Shown here: positions 1 through 9,815 of the stretch, piece by piece
Numbering within the stretch: position 1 is the first letter of the stretch
Layout: each line of letters begins with the position of its first letter
Source: an uncultured Candidatus Saccharibacteria bacterium
GTDB taxonomy: Bacteria; Patescibacteriota; Minisyncoccia; Phycocordibacterales; UBA5272
Reading direction: 5' to 3'
Length of the DNA: 64,000 nt
Assembly: GCA_964546555.1 (NCBI GenBank)
Contig: CAZJJX010000005.1
Location: 5,304-69,303 of the forward strand
Notes under the pieces: generated by a model
Database searches by the model: none
What the model saw: the letters and a program-made list of their open reading frames with translations, nothing else
Told to the model about the DNA's origin: nothing
Translations under genes and position numbers: made by a program

Positions 1-995
1 GTATTTGTAAGTGCCCCGCGCAAAAAGTTCTGAATATTCTCAACTGTGGTGTGCATGATACGAGATACCGCCTCAACAGTGTTGTATGCAATATGCGGAG
101 TAAGAATCACACGCTCATCTTTTAGGAGAGATGAAATATAAAACGACTCTTCAAGAAGTTTAGTTGACTCTCTATCTTTGGCTTCAATAATCATGCATTT
201 TTCTTTTACCAATTCTTCACCTTCAACAACATCAAGACCAACACCTGCTACTTTTGAATTTTTAAGAGCCAAAAGTAACGCATGTGTATCAATAAGTTCA
301 CCGCGTGCAGTGTTGATAATGTACACATTATCTTTCATAAGTGAAAATGCATACTCATTCAAGATTCGTTCTGTATCTGGAGTAAGCGGAGCATGAAGTG
401 AGATAATATCTGACTGTCTAAACAGATCCTCCTTTGTGACATACATAAAACCAAGCACATGAGCGTCATTTTTATTTTCGTATGTATCATACGCAATAAC
501 ATCCATACCAAAACCTCGAGCAATCGAAATCATTCGCTTACCAATCTTCCCTGTGCCTATAACACCGAGTTTTTTACCATATAAATCAATACCACGTATT
601 GCTTGTGGCTCAAGACAGATATTTTCTTTTACTGTCTTTGCGGACTCTGGAACTTTTCGTGCAAGCGAAAGGAGTAGTGCAAACGCATACTCAGCAACAG
701 TGTGTTCACCATAACTTGGCACAACAGTAACACTTATCCCACGTTCGTTTGCCTCGTGCACCGGAACATTATTGTACCCTGCGGAGCGACACGCAATGAG
801 CTTAAGATTTGGCATTTTATCAAGCATTTCTTTTGTAACCTGGCTTGAGACAAAGACAGAGATAATCTCTGCATTTTCTGATACCGTATCAATAGAAATA
901 GGATTATCATGAAATACACATTCATGATCAAGCAACCCTTCTTGTAGGATCAGTTTATCTTCATCATGAATATCATAAATATGAATTACTGCCAT
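1..995 (-). CDS. D-isomer-specific 2-hydroxyacid dehydrogenase (NAD-binding), 3' end outside window
   Basis: My own minus-strand translation from ATG 995 gives MAVIHIYDIHDEDKLILQEGLLDHECVFHDNP... It continues to ...IRGIDLYGKKLGVIGTGKIGKRM..., which holds a GxGxxG Rossmann motif. There is no stop before position 1, so the ORF track omits it. Confidence 0.8.
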   Translation of the reverse strand, partial: MAVIHIYDIHDEDKLILQEGLLDHECVFHDNPISIDTVSENAEIISVFVSSQVTKEMLDKMPNLKLIACRSAGYNNVPVHEANERGISVTVVPSYGEHTVAEYAFALLLSLARKVPESAKTVKENICLEPQAIRGIDLYGKKLGVIGTGKIGKRMISIARGFGMDVIAYDTYENKNDAHVLGFMYVTKEDLFRQSDIISLHAPLTPDTERILNEYAFSLMKDNVYIINTARGELIDTHALLLALKNSKVAGVGLDVVEGEELVKEKCMIIEAKDRESTKLLEESFYISSLLKDERVILTPHIAYNTVEAVSRIMHTTVENIQNFLRGALTN

Positions 996-1096
996 AGAAC
1001 TTTAAGTACACATCAATATGTATGTATAACTAAAGTGTATCACATGTCTTTTTTGTTATACTCTTGAAGTACACACATTTAAAGTCTACATACCAC

Positions 1097-2365
1097 ATGA
1101 AAATTCTTTCCTTAACACCACGCATGATACTCGACTCAAGAGGATACCCAACTGTTGAAGTTGATCTTTTTTTAGAAGGCGGAATAATGGGGCGTGCCAG
1201 TGTTCCAAGCGGTGCATCAACTGGCAGTCACGAAGCACTTGAGCTCCGTGACAACAACGAACACTTTGATGGTAAAGGGGTAGATAAGGCACTTACCTTT
1301 ATACGAAAAGATTTGACCCAACACCTTATTGGAAAAGAATTTGCAACCCAACAATCGTTTGATGATTTTTTATGTGAACTCGATGGCACGCCAAACAAAA
1401 GCCATTTTGGTGCAAACACACTTCTTGCTCTCTCTCTTGCCTACGCCAAAGCAGTAGCAACTTCACAAAAGCAACAACTTTTTGAATATATAAGAAGTCA
1501 ATATACCCTCACAAAACCCATGGCTCTACCGATGCCTATGATTAATGTTTTAAACGGTGGTAAACACGCAACTTCATCAACCGATATACAAGAATGGATG
1601 ATTATCCCAATAGGAGCAACAACCTTTAAGCAGGCGCTTGAGTTTGGAACAAAAGTTTTTTATGCGTTACGTACTCTTATGGCAGAGCGCGGGACAAATG
1701 CAGTTGGAGACGAAGGAGGGTTCCCTCTTTCGCTTGTCACACATAACAAAGAGGCGCTCATACTTCTTTCTGAAGCAGTTTCCAAGTCAGGTCTTACCGT
1801 AGGAAAGGATATTGCATTTGGTTTAGATGTAGCTTCAAGTGAATTCTACTCTGAAAATACTTATAACCTTACCTGTGAAAATAAAAAACTTTCAAGTAAC
1901 GAGATGGTTACATGGTTACAGGAACTAACTCATGAATTCCCAATCGTAAGTATCGAGGATGGTCTCTCAGAAGATGACTGGTCAGGATGGAAGAAGCTCA
2001 CTGAAACCCTTGGCAAAACTACACAACTCGTTGGTGATGACCTTTTTGTAACAAATACGGAGTTTATTAGGCGTGGCATAGATGAAGGTGTTGCAACTGC
2101 GGTACTCATAAAACCAAATCAAATTGGAACACTCTCTGAAACATTACAAGCAATTATACTTGCCCAAACCAACAATCTTCGCACCATCATATCTCACCGT
2201 TCTGGCGAAACTGAAGATGTAAGTATCGCACACATTGCGGTTGCGACAGGTGCCGGACAAATAAAAACAGGATCACTTTCAAGAACAGAACGTCTTGCAA
2301 AATATAACGAACTCCTTCGGTTACATGAACGAATCGACCTCTTCATAAATCCATTTACACAATAA
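1097..2365 (+). CDS. eno: enolase (phosphopyruvate hydratase)
   Basis: Motifs ILDSRGYPTVEVD, SVPSGASTGSHEALELRD, IKPNQIGTLSE and SHRSGETED are present. I moved the start from TTG 1064 to ATG 1097 (MKILSLTPRMILDSRG). Confidence 0.95.
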   Translation: MKILSLTPRMILDSRGYPTVEVDLFLEGGIMGRASVPSGASTGSHEALELRDNNEHFDGKGVDKALTFIRKDLTQHLIGKEFATQQSFDDFLCELDGTPNKSHFGANTLLALSLAYAKAVATSQKQQLFEYIRSQYTLTKPMALPMPMINVLNGGKHATSSTDIQEWMIIPIGATTFKQALEFGTKVFYALRTLMAERGTNAVGDEGGFPLSLVTHNKEALILLSEAVSKSGLTVGKDIAFGLDVASSEFYSENTYNLTCENKKLSSNEMVTWLQELTHEFPIVSIEDGLSEDDWSGWKKLTETLGKTTQLVGDDLFVTNTEFIRRGIDEGVATAVLIKPNQIGTLSETLQAIILAQTNNLRTIISHRSGETEDVSIAHIAVATGAGQIKTGSLSRTERLAKYNELLRLHERIDLFINPFTQ

Positions 2366-2398
2366 TCAACTCGTACACAGCGAAGTGACAAAGGCTCA

Positions 2399-2407
2399 TG
2401 CTATAGT
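2399..2407 (+). promoter_or_regulatory. extended -10 box TGcTATAGT, 6 nt upstream of ATG 2414 (leaderless-type)
   Basis: Sequence reads tgctatagt-tagcat-ATG. No Shine-Dalgarno is present. Confidence 0.45.
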
Positions 2408-2413
2408 TAGCAT

Positions 2414-3484
2414 ATGATTGATCGTAGACATCAGCTACATTTTCTTTTGTTAATTCTTGCCCTTGCTGGAATCCTCAGTTTTTTCATTATACAGCCTTTC
2501 CTTATAACAATAACACTTGCAGGAATCTTTGCGGTAACTCTCTTCCCTGTCCAAACTTTTATTCTAAAAAAAGTAACAGCAGTGCCTGCTATTGCGTCTA
2601 CATTAACGCTTATTGTTGCAACGATAAGTATTCTTGCACCACTTCTGTTTGTGCTAACACAAGTACTCCAAGAAGCTGCAGACCTATACACTGTAGGCAC
2701 CCAAGCAAATACAAGCAAACATCTTATTATTACTACCGTTGAAGGGCTTGGAGCAACTATTGATAGAATCCTGCCAGGAACACAGACTGTTTCCACAAAG
2801 TTCTTGGAAAATTTTGACATCTACCTACAGCAACTCACTGGTTGGGTGATTGATAACTTAGGATTTCTTTTGTCTGGACTCTCTTTGTGGCTCCTTGATC
2901 TCTTTGTTTTCTTTGTTGCTTTGTACTACTTTTTGTATGATGGTAAAAAAATTGCAAAAAAAATTATAGCACTGAGTCCACTTGATCAACAAGATTCAAA
3001 AATAATTCTTAAAAAGTTGCGTATAGCTATTAATTCAGTCGTTAAAGGGAATGTTTTTATTGCATGTATCCAAGGGATTCTTGTAACAATTGGACTCCTT
3101 ATCACTCTTGTGCCGAGCGCTTTCCTGTGGGGTGTTGCTGCAACACTTACCGCACTCATTCCTGGATTAGGCACTGGAGTTGTACTTCTCCCAGCAATTT
3201 TATACCTTTTTATTACAGAGCAAACACTTAGGGCAGTTATCCTTATGGCGTGGGGCGGTATCATTGTTGGACTTATTGATAATCTCCTTAGACCAAAGCT
3301 TGTAGGGGACGCAATGTCGCTCCACCCTCTTCTTATTTTACTTGCAATGCTCGGTGGACTCTTCTTCTTTGGGCCAGTCGGGCTCTTTGTCGGGCCTATT
3401 GTAATAAGCCTCCTTGTAACCTTTATTGATATCTACAGTGATTTAGTTAAAAAAATTAATAAATCTCCAAGCGACTTTACATAA
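2414..3484 (+). CDS. AI-2E family transporter (PerM/UPF0118-like permease)
   Basis: 356 aa and polytopic. The C-terminal region GLIDNLLRPKLVGDAMSLHPLLILLAMLGG is typical of the family. Confidence 0.8.
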   Translation: MIDRRHQLHFLLLILALAGILSFFIIQPFLITITLAGIFAVTLFPVQTFILKKVTAVPAIASTLTLIVATISILAPLLFVLTQVLQEAADLYTVGTQANTSKHLIITTVEGLGATIDRILPGTQTVSTKFLENFDIYLQQLTGWVIDNLGFLLSGLSLWLLDLFVFFVALYYFLYDGKKIAKKIIALSPLDQQDSKIILKKLRIAINSVVKGNVFIACIQGILVTIGLLITLVPSAFLWGVAATLTALIPGLGTGVVLLPAILYLFITEQTLRAVILMAWGGIIVGLIDNLLRPKLVGDAMSLHPLLILLAMLGGLFFFGPVGLFVGPIVISLLVTFIDIYSDLVKKINKSPSDFT

Positions 3485-3492
3485 CTTCATTT

Positions 3493-3501
3493 TGCTATAC
3501 T
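3493..3501 (+). promoter_or_regulatory. extended -10 box TGcTATACT, 6 nt upstream of ATG 3508
   Basis: Sequence reads tgctatact-atatac-ATG. No SD is present. Confidence 0.45.
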
Positions 3502-3507
3502 ATATAC

Positions 3508-4065
3508 ATGACACAAAAAGCTAGAGGATATATCATTCAAGATCTCATTATTATTGCACTTAGTATTGTTGTTGCGATAGTTCTTGTAAAAACACAACTT
3601 ATTGTGCATTTTTTGGAATCAACAAAACAATACGAGTTCTTGGGAAGCTTCGTTGCCGGAGTATTCTTTACTTCTATTTTTACAACAGCTCCAGCAATAG
3701 TTGCTCTTGGAGAAATTGCACAAATGCAAAACACATTTTTTGTAGCATTTTTTGGAGCTCTTGGCGCTCTTCTTGGAGATGTCATAATTTTCCGTTTTAT
3801 ACGAGACAACCTATCTGAGCACCTCACAGAGATAATGAAGCATCAAATAGAAGACAAAGCTATGCATTTCAAACACCATCTAAAATTTTTTCGATGGGTG
3901 ACTTTTTTTGTCGGAGGAATCATTATCGCATCCCCTCTCCCAGATGAAATAGGTATCGGACTTCTAGGTCTTTCAAAAATGAACATGCGATGGTTTATCC
4001 CTATTGCATTTATTGGTAACTTCTTCGGTATTGTCCTTATTGGTATAATTGCCAATTCGCTTTAA
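3508..4065 (+). CDS. small integral membrane protein, function unknown
   Basis: 185 aa with about 5 hydrophobic spans. The antisense ORFs are low-complexity. Confidence 0.5.
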   Translation: MTQKARGYIIQDLIIIALSIVVAIVLVKTQLIVHFLESTKQYEFLGSFVAGVFFTSIFTTAPAIVALGEIAQMQNTFFVAFFGALGALLGDVIIFRFIRDNLSEHLTEIMKHQIEDKAMHFKHHLKFFRWVTFFVGGIIIASPLPDEIGIGLLGLSKMNMRWFIPIAFIGNFFGIVLIGIIANSL

Positions 4066-4125
4066 CATATTAGCAAAAACTCAAGAGCACTTACTATTTT
4101 TGGAATTAAGGGTATACTTATGTAT

Positions 4126-4893
4126 ATGCCAAAAAATGCACACTATATAGCACTGGTTGTTCTTATTGTTTTGTTTGTAAACACTGGGGCTGTTTACTTT
4201 GGACAAAAACATGCAAAAGAAGCAGAACAAGCGGCTCAAGAACAAGCAACCAGCTCTTCTACACCGGTAACAAGCTCTTCTACCTCAGAAGAACCTAAGA
4301 AACAGACGCAAGGGTCAGCACCTCAATCACAAAATACTTCCACAAAAGGGTACAATACATATACCAATGCTCAACAAGGTTTTTCTATTAAATATCCACC
4401 ACAGGTTCGTGTTGTACCTAATTTTTCTACATTCCACGAGATCGGCAACAATTGGAGACTGTACCCATCACCAGCAAACCAAGGTAAAGGTATTATTTCG
4501 TTCTCTATATTTACAGTAGATCAAGGTAGTTATACAAATGGTAAGCAGACTTACCCACTTTACTACACTGCCGAGGTTCGCGTAGGTATAAGCCCAAATG
4601 TTAAAGAGTGTTATACAAAGGACGCCAGTTTCCCTAACCAAACCGTCACTTCAGTAATCATTAATGGTGTTACGTTCAAAAAGTTCATAACCGAAGAGAA
4701 GCATGGTGATCAGTATACGAATGCAGCAAGTTACCGAACAGTACGAAATAATTCATGCTATGTACTTGAACAAATCCAATCCGGCACAAAGGTGAAGAAC
4801 GACACTATGGCCATTGCCACATCTGATGGCGAGCTTGCATCATACTACACAACCGGTGAAAAAATCATCAAAACATTTGTATTTACAAAATAA
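4126..4893 (+). CDS. membrane-anchored secreted protein, unknown function
   Basis: It has an N-terminal TM (IALVVLIVLFVNTGAVYF) followed by an S/T/Q-rich linker and a globular domain. TATACT at 4113-4118 lies 7 nt from ATG 4126, so I prefer 4126 over 4120. Confidence 0.5.
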   Translation: MPKNAHYIALVVLIVLFVNTGAVYFGQKHAKEAEQAAQEQATSSSTPVTSSSTSEEPKKQTQGSAPQSQNTSTKGYNTYTNAQQGFSIKYPPQVRVVPNFSTFHEIGNNWRLYPSPANQGKGIISFSIFTVDQGSYTNGKQTYPLYYTAEVRVGISPNVKECYTKDASFPNQTVTSVIINGVTFKKFITEEKHGDQYTNAASYRTVRNNSCYVLEQIQSGTKVKNDTMAIATSDGELASYYTTGEKIIKTFVFTK

Positions 4894-4901
4894 AAAGATA
4901 C

Positions 4902-5471
4902 ATGTCTACAATACTACGTAGAAAAATAATTATCATTTGTGTATTTGTGATTATTATTTTTCTTGGGACATCAAAGTACTTCAAAGACCATTCACCAGAC
5001 CAAAAGCAGACCCCAATTCTTAACTACCAGGACTGCATAAACACTGATAACACAGTTACTAACTCAATAGAAGGCACCTGCACCACACAAGATGGCAGAA
5101 TTTTTGCAAAAGAGAGAGCGGTCATTGCAAAATACGATAATGCAAGTATTGACGACATCATTCTTGAAACACCTAAGCCAGGTGATGTAACAGGAAAGCG
5201 GTTCCTTATCCGTGGAAAAGCTCGTGGCATGTGGTTTTTTGAAGCATCATTCCCGGTAACCATTCTTGATGCCACTGGTAAAGTTCTTGTAAGAACACAC
5301 GCCAAGGCCGAAGCCCCTTGGATGACTGAAGATTTTGTCCCCTTTACTGCAACAATAACAGCCCCAACAACATACATTGGTAAAGCAACTATTGTGTTAC
5401 AAAAAGATAACCCTTCAGGTATCAAAGAAAAAGATGCATCAATTTCTTTTCCTGTAACTATAGAATATTAA
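4902..5471 (+). CDS. membrane-anchored protein with Gmad2-type immunoglobulin-like domain
   Basis: It has an N-terminal TM. The segment FLIRGKARGMWFFEASFPVTILDATGKVLVRTHAKAEAPWMTEDFVPFTATI resembles the Gmad2 family. Confidence 0.5.
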   Translation: MSTILRRKIIIICVFVIIIFLGTSKYFKDHSPDQKQTPILNYQDCINTDNTVTNSIEGTCTTQDGRIFAKERAVIAKYDNASIDDIILETPKPGDVTGKRFLIRGKARGMWFFEASFPVTILDATGKVLVRTHAKAEAPWMTEDFVPFTATITAPTTYIGKATIVLQKDNPSGIKEKDASISFPVTIEY

Positions 5472-5473
5472 AA

Positions 5474-5501
5474 ACACGCGCTTTCGCGCGTGTTATGTTT
5501 T
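5474..5501. terminator. rho-independent terminator between convergent genes
   Basis: Hairpin is acacgcgc-tttc-gcgcgtgt, followed by tatgtttt. An A-run sits upstream. Confidence 0.7.
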
Positions 5502-5519
5502 AGTGTACATCAAGGACTA

Positions 5520-5948
5520 TCACCTAAGCACAAGCTCATAGAGCAACCATCCACCTGTCAGATGAATAATCGCAAACAGCCCTGTCAAAACGTTTGCAAG
5601 AACTATATGTAATGACTTGTATTTCATGCCATTTAGCCAAAACCTCATGACAGGAATAATAATAATGAACAATAGATCAGCTACAGCATGAACTATGCCT
5701 AGAGTAGAGTCAAAAAGTGAAAACCCAAAAACTTCATGACTCTTTGCAAAGACCGTAACCTCAACCGCTAACACCTCAAACACAATCGACAAGATAAATC
5801 TATCAGCCCAGATCTTGTGTTGATTAATAACGTACTCATACCGCGCTCTCGCGTTTGTTGCGGTAATGTGCACATAATAGAACGTCACACAGGTCGTAGC
5901 TGCAGAAACAGCAACAACAAGAAGAAGAGTACCGAAAATAACATCCAT
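5520..5948 (-). CDS. integral membrane protein, unknown function
   Basis: 142 aa with 4 hydrophobic spans. A GGAG sits 8 nt upstream of the ATG. Confidence 0.5.
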   Translation of the reverse strand: MDVIFGTLLLVVAVSAATTCVTFYYVHITATNARARYEYVINQHKIWADRFILSIVFEVLAVEVTVFAKSHEVFGFSLFDSTLGIVHAVADLLFIIIIPVMRFWLNGMKYKSLHIVLANVLTGLFAIIHLTGGWLLYELVLR

Positions 5949-5989
5949 GGAAATACTCCAATAGTTAGTCTTGGCATATCGTAACAGAA

Positions 5990-6424
5990 TTACTGTTTTT
6001 CCACAAGAAACCTATGAAATAGATATTTTTTACTAAAAAACCATACCCCAGAGAGTAACGAAATTCCCCACACAACAAGTGAAGTATATATAATCTTATC
6101 AACAAAAGAATCGACAAAACATATATAGAACGTAAGAAGAAGTGCACACGATGAACTCACAGTGTGTACAATAAGCACCCTTTTAAGTAAAGGTGACAAT
6201 GTAATTCTTTTACCACGATATAGAGCTCTATAAGTAAGATGTAAACATACAAAAGCACTATCTGCTACCAGAAACCAAACAAGTGTAGTAGAAATAAGTA
6301 ACCAATTTTCAAAAGAAGCAACAAGCATATACCCAATACAGAGTGTCGCAATTGTCTGAAAAATAACCGCGATATAGGCAATTCTTTTTGAGTAGAGCTC
6401 ACTGTGCAAAAATTTATCGAACAT
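5990..6424 (-). CDS. integral membrane protein, unknown function
   Basis: 144 aa with 4 hydrophobic spans. TACACT lies 7 nt upstream of the ATG. Confidence 0.5.
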   Translation of the reverse strand: MFDKFLHSELYSKRIAYIAVIFQTIATLCIGYMLVASFENWLLISTTLVWFLVADSAFVCLHLTYRALYRGKRITLSPLLKRVLIVHTVSSSCALLLTFYICFVDSFVDKIIYTSLVVWGISLLSGVWFFSKKYLFHRFLVEKQ

Positions 6425-6489
6425 GTACTCTAGTGTACCTCAAAAAAGCTTATCGCTATAATCTGCTCTCGTAACAAATTTTGGAAATT

Positions 6490-6498
6490 TGCTATACT
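6490..6498 (+). promoter_or_regulatory. extended -10 box TGcTATACT, 7 nt upstream of ATG 6506
   Basis: Sequence reads tgctatact-tgcatat-ATG. No SD is present. Confidence 0.45.
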
Positions 6499-6505
6499 TG
6501 CATAT

Positions 6506-7441
6506 ATGAGAAAAACCACCATACTTGCAGCGTTTGCACTTGTTATTATTTTTGGAGGCATTGGTTACCTCGCATTTAAAACAAAACAATCAGAACCAAT
6601 ACATAAGGTTCTAAGCGTTGCTACCTACTCATGTAAAGATAATAAAATAATCGGCGCAAAGTTCATGGACACAGTCTATAAAATTCAGCCAAAAATTACC
6701 CAAAGTGAAATACCACATCCAACAGGAAGTGTATATATTACCTTAAGTGACGGCAGAAGTATGCGCCTTATGCAAACAATTTCTGGAAGCGGTGTTCGCT
6801 ATGCTAATGATGATGAATCATTTATCTTTTGGGTAAAAGGACAAGATGCGCTCGTCTTAGAAGACAACGAAGAAAAAAATTTTCATGAATGCACCGTAAA
6901 TAATCTTTTGGATAGAAATAGCTCTACTACAAAAAAATTACATGATACCGCATGGTTCTCAGCTATACTTCCTGACTTTGCAACGTCAAAAGAAAACCTA
7001 AGACCTGGAGCGTTTCTTGCTGATGAAACATACACATATAACCTTTCAAGTTCAACGACAATTCCAGGCACCCGTTACATCATCCCTAAACTCTTCGTAC
7101 AAAGGACAAACCTGTCACAAGATAGTTATCTAAGCGTTGAAAAAATAATCCCCGGCAAGTCATGTAATGCATCGCTATTTCTTGAAAACTCAGGAAATGT
7201 ATCAGAAGAAGTGCACGGGGGCATCCGTTACTCTGTCGGATCATCAACAGGTGCAGCAGCTGGAAATCGATACGAAGAAATTATTTACGCACGACCAGTC
7301 GCAAATTCTTGTATCGGGGTACGATATTTTATACATTCAACTGTCCTTGAAAACTATCCAAAAGAAATGGTTAAGGCGTTTGATAGACAGTCACTCCTTA
7401 AAACTTTTGATGACATACGAAACTCAATAACCATAAAGTAA
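6506..7441 (+). CDS. secreted/anchored protein with N-terminal MliC-like (lysozyme-inhibitor fold) domain
   Basis: The segment YSCKDNKIIGAKF...ITLSDGRSMRLMQTISGSGVRYANDDESFIFWVKGQDALVLED matches the MliC pattern. The C-terminal half is unknown. Confidence 0.5.
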   Translation: MRKTTILAAFALVIIFGGIGYLAFKTKQSEPIHKVLSVATYSCKDNKIIGAKFMDTVYKIQPKITQSEIPHPTGSVYITLSDGRSMRLMQTISGSGVRYANDDESFIFWVKGQDALVLEDNEEKNFHECTVNNLLDRNSSTTKKLHDTAWFSAILPDFATSKENLRPGAFLADETYTYNLSSSTTIPGTRYIIPKLFVQRTNLSQDSYLSVEKIIPGKSCNASLFLENSGNVSEEVHGGIRYSVGSSTGAAAGNRYEEIIYARPVANSCIGVRYFIHSTVLENYPKEMVKAFDRQSLLKTFDDIRNSITIK

Positions 7442-7444
7442 TCT

Positions 7445-8056
7445 ATGTCTCTGTTGTCGTGGATGGGTAGTAGTAATAAACAGGAACAAACAACTAGTGT
7501 TATTCCAAACACTTCAATTTCTTACACTCACATAAAAAAAAGAAGTGCACGCCTTTTGAGAATAACAATAAAACCAAATGGCACCGTTACTGTCACCACC
7601 CCTCTTCACATTTCAACTCATGATCTCAAAGATTATTTGACACAAAAAGCTTCCTGGATAGAGGAAAAACTAACCTATCTTGCAACACTCCCTCAAGCAC
7701 CCGACAAAATTACAAGGGAGCGACTGTACACTAGTCACAAAGAAGCGGCGCGTAAGCACGTTCTTAAACTACTCGAAGAGATAAACCACCATTATAATTT
7801 TACCTATAATAAAGTTACTATAAAAAATCACTCAACCTTATGGGGAAGCTGTTCACGAAAAGCTAATCTTAATTTTAATTATAGAATTCTTCATCTACCT
7901 TTGCCACTTGCTCGCTATATTGTCGCGCATGAATTATGTCATCTTCGTGAATTTAATCATAGTCAAAGATTCTGGAATCTTGTCGCACAAACAATCCCTA
8001 ACCACAAAGAGTTACGAAAGGAGTTGAAAAAACAAGTATTTGGAATACTCCAGTAG
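7445..8056 (+). CDS. YgjP-like (DUF45/SprT-like) zinc metallopeptidase
   Basis: WGSCS...NLNFNYRILHLP... is followed by HELCHLREFNHSQRFW, an HExxH motif in the family context. Confidence 0.8.
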   Translation: MSLLSWMGSSNKQEQTTSVIPNTSISYTHIKKRSARLLRITIKPNGTVTVTTPLHISTHDLKDYLTQKASWIEEKLTYLATLPQAPDKITRERLYTSHKEAARKHVLKLLEEINHHYNFTYNKVTIKNHSTLWGSCSRKANLNFNYRILHLPLPLARYIVAHELCHLREFNHSQRFWNLVAQTIPNHKELRKELKKQVFGILQ

Positions 8057-8102
8057 CGATTATACGTTTATTTTTTACATAAGCTCTACTATACTCTTAT
8101 CT

Positions 8103-8945
8103 ATGATTCACAAAAAAGTACACAAAGTGCTTAAACATACGTTTATACCTCATAAAGAAAATGACTATAAGCCACATTTTTTTAGAGAACATATCATTCT
8201 TTCGATTTTAGTAATAAGTTTTGTGCTACTTCTTATTTCGTTTACGACTTACATTGTGTTTCGTTATACAAAATTTGGATCATCAGTAACATCTTCAGTT
8301 CTTATTGATCTTACAAACCAAGTACGAGTAGAGAATGGTCTACGTCCGTTATTCTATAATCAAGCCCTCTATGAAGCAGCAACCATGAAAGGAGCAGACA
8401 TGGTTACCAGGAATTACTTTGCTCATTTTGCACCGGACGGAACTTCTCCGTGGCACTGGATTAGAAAAGCTGGATATTCGTTTTTATTTGCAGGAGAGAA
8501 CCTTGCTATTAATTTTAGAAATTCACACGCAGTAACCGAAGCATGGATGAACTCACCAAAACACCGTGCAAATATCCTAGATAGCAGATACGAAGACATA
8601 GGTATAGCAACCATCGTAAAAGAAGACAATGAAGAAACCAACCCATCAGGAAAAGCAGTTATTTTTGTTGTGCAACTCTTCGGAAAATTAGAAAAAGACC
8701 AGACACCCCAATCATTTAAACCAACCCCTCTTGGTCCAACAGCAAACACGTATGAAAAGATACTTTTTGATACTTCGTACTATATAAAAAACATCTATAC
8801 AACACTTGTCATCATCATTGTCACCGCTCTACTTTTAATGATTTTTATAGAAATTAAAAAACAGCATCCAATTCATATTCTCTATGGAGTTCTTCTCTTA
8901 TGTCTTGTAGTGCTGTGCCTTATCATCAACAACCACCTCATGTAA
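8103..8945 (+). CDS. CAP (SCP/PR-1-like) domain protein with N- and C-terminal TM segments
   Basis: The segment NYFAHFAPDGTSPWHWIRKAGYSFLFAGENLA...AWMNSPKHRANIL fits the CAP domain. TATACT lies 7 nt upstream of ATG 8103, so I trimmed the track start at 8040. Confidence 0.75.
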   Translation: MIHKKVHKVLKHTFIPHKENDYKPHFFREHIILSILVISFVLLLISFTTYIVFRYTKFGSSVTSSVLIDLTNQVRVENGLRPLFYNQALYEAATMKGADMVTRNYFAHFAPDGTSPWHWIRKAGYSFLFAGENLAINFRNSHAVTEAWMNSPKHRANILDSRYEDIGIATIVKEDNEETNPSGKAVIFVVQLFGKLEKDQTPQSFKPTPLGPTANTYEKILFDTSYYIKNIYTTLVIIIVTALLLMIFIEIKKQHPIHILYGVLLLCLVVLCLIINNHLM

Positions 8946-8948
8946 TCA

Positions 8949-9386
8949 CTAGAGGTAGAGTCGTTTTGCTTCACGTACAATAGCTTCAGGGTTAGTTTTC
9001 CAAACATCATCAACATCAACATAAAGCTCAATTTCATTATTATCAGGATCAAGTATATACAAACTATGAGTCACTTGATGATCTGTTGCGCCAACTAGTG
9101 GAACATTATGTTTTTGTAGCACCTCATATGCTTCACGCAATTCATCATCTGTGTTGCCAATTTTAAAACCAATATGATAAAGCCCGGGAGTTGGATGACG
9201 ATGATCCTTTGGAGCACCTCCAACTTCAATGAGCAACATTTCGTGATGCGTTCTTCCAGACGAATAGAGTGCAATATGGAGATTCCTGTGAATTTCTTTG
9301 AAACCAAGAATCTCTCTATAGAACATAGCTGATTTTTCTAGATTTGAAACATATAAAACAATATGACCCAGCTCATGAATTTTCAT
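8949..9386 (-). CDS. VOC-family (glyoxalase/bleomycin-resistance/dioxygenase fold) protein
   Basis: MKIHELGHIVLYVSNLEKSAMFYREILGF...HIGFKI...THSLYILDPDNNEIEL. Confidence 0.8.
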   Translation of the reverse strand: MKIHELGHIVLYVSNLEKSAMFYREILGFKEIHRNLHIALYSSGRTHHEMLLIEVGGAPKDHRHPTPGLYHIGFKIGNTDDELREAYEVLQKHNVPLVGATDHQVTHSLYILDPDNNEIELYVDVDDVWKTNPEAIVREAKRLYL

Positions 9387-9523
9387 AGATAGAATAAATA
9401 TAATGTTAGTTGTTTAATACTTTTATTTGTAAAGTATTATATATGTATAACAATACCACACATTTTAAAATCTGTGTATAACCTTTTAGATATTACAGAG
9501 TATACTTATACACATACATAGAT

Positions 9524-9808
9524 ATGACTACAAAAAATAGCATTCTTATACTAACAGGCGCTCTCCTTGTGGGAGGGATTCTCTACCTTACAGTCCCGAA
9601 ACGAAATACTGACACATCGAATGTCTCTCCGATCTCAACCACCAAAGAAGAAGTTTCTACAAAACCCCCTGCTCTTACTGCTTCGACTGAAGAAATCATT
9701 GACTATCTTACCGATAGTCAACTACATGACACTACGCATGATGCTGATAGTGTATTAACGTCACAAGAAAGCACATTATTTGACGCTTCTGTTAGTACTA
9801 ATTTCTAA
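9524..9808 (+). CDS. small membrane-anchored protein
   Basis: 94 aa with an N-terminal TM and an acidic S/T-rich tail. Coding status is uncertain. Confidence 0.35.
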   Translation: MTTKNSILILTGALLVGGILYLTVPKRNTDTSNVSPISTTKEEVSTKPPALTASTEEIIDYLTDSQLHDTTHDADSVLTSQESTLFDASVSTNF

Positions 9809-9815
9809 AAGATCT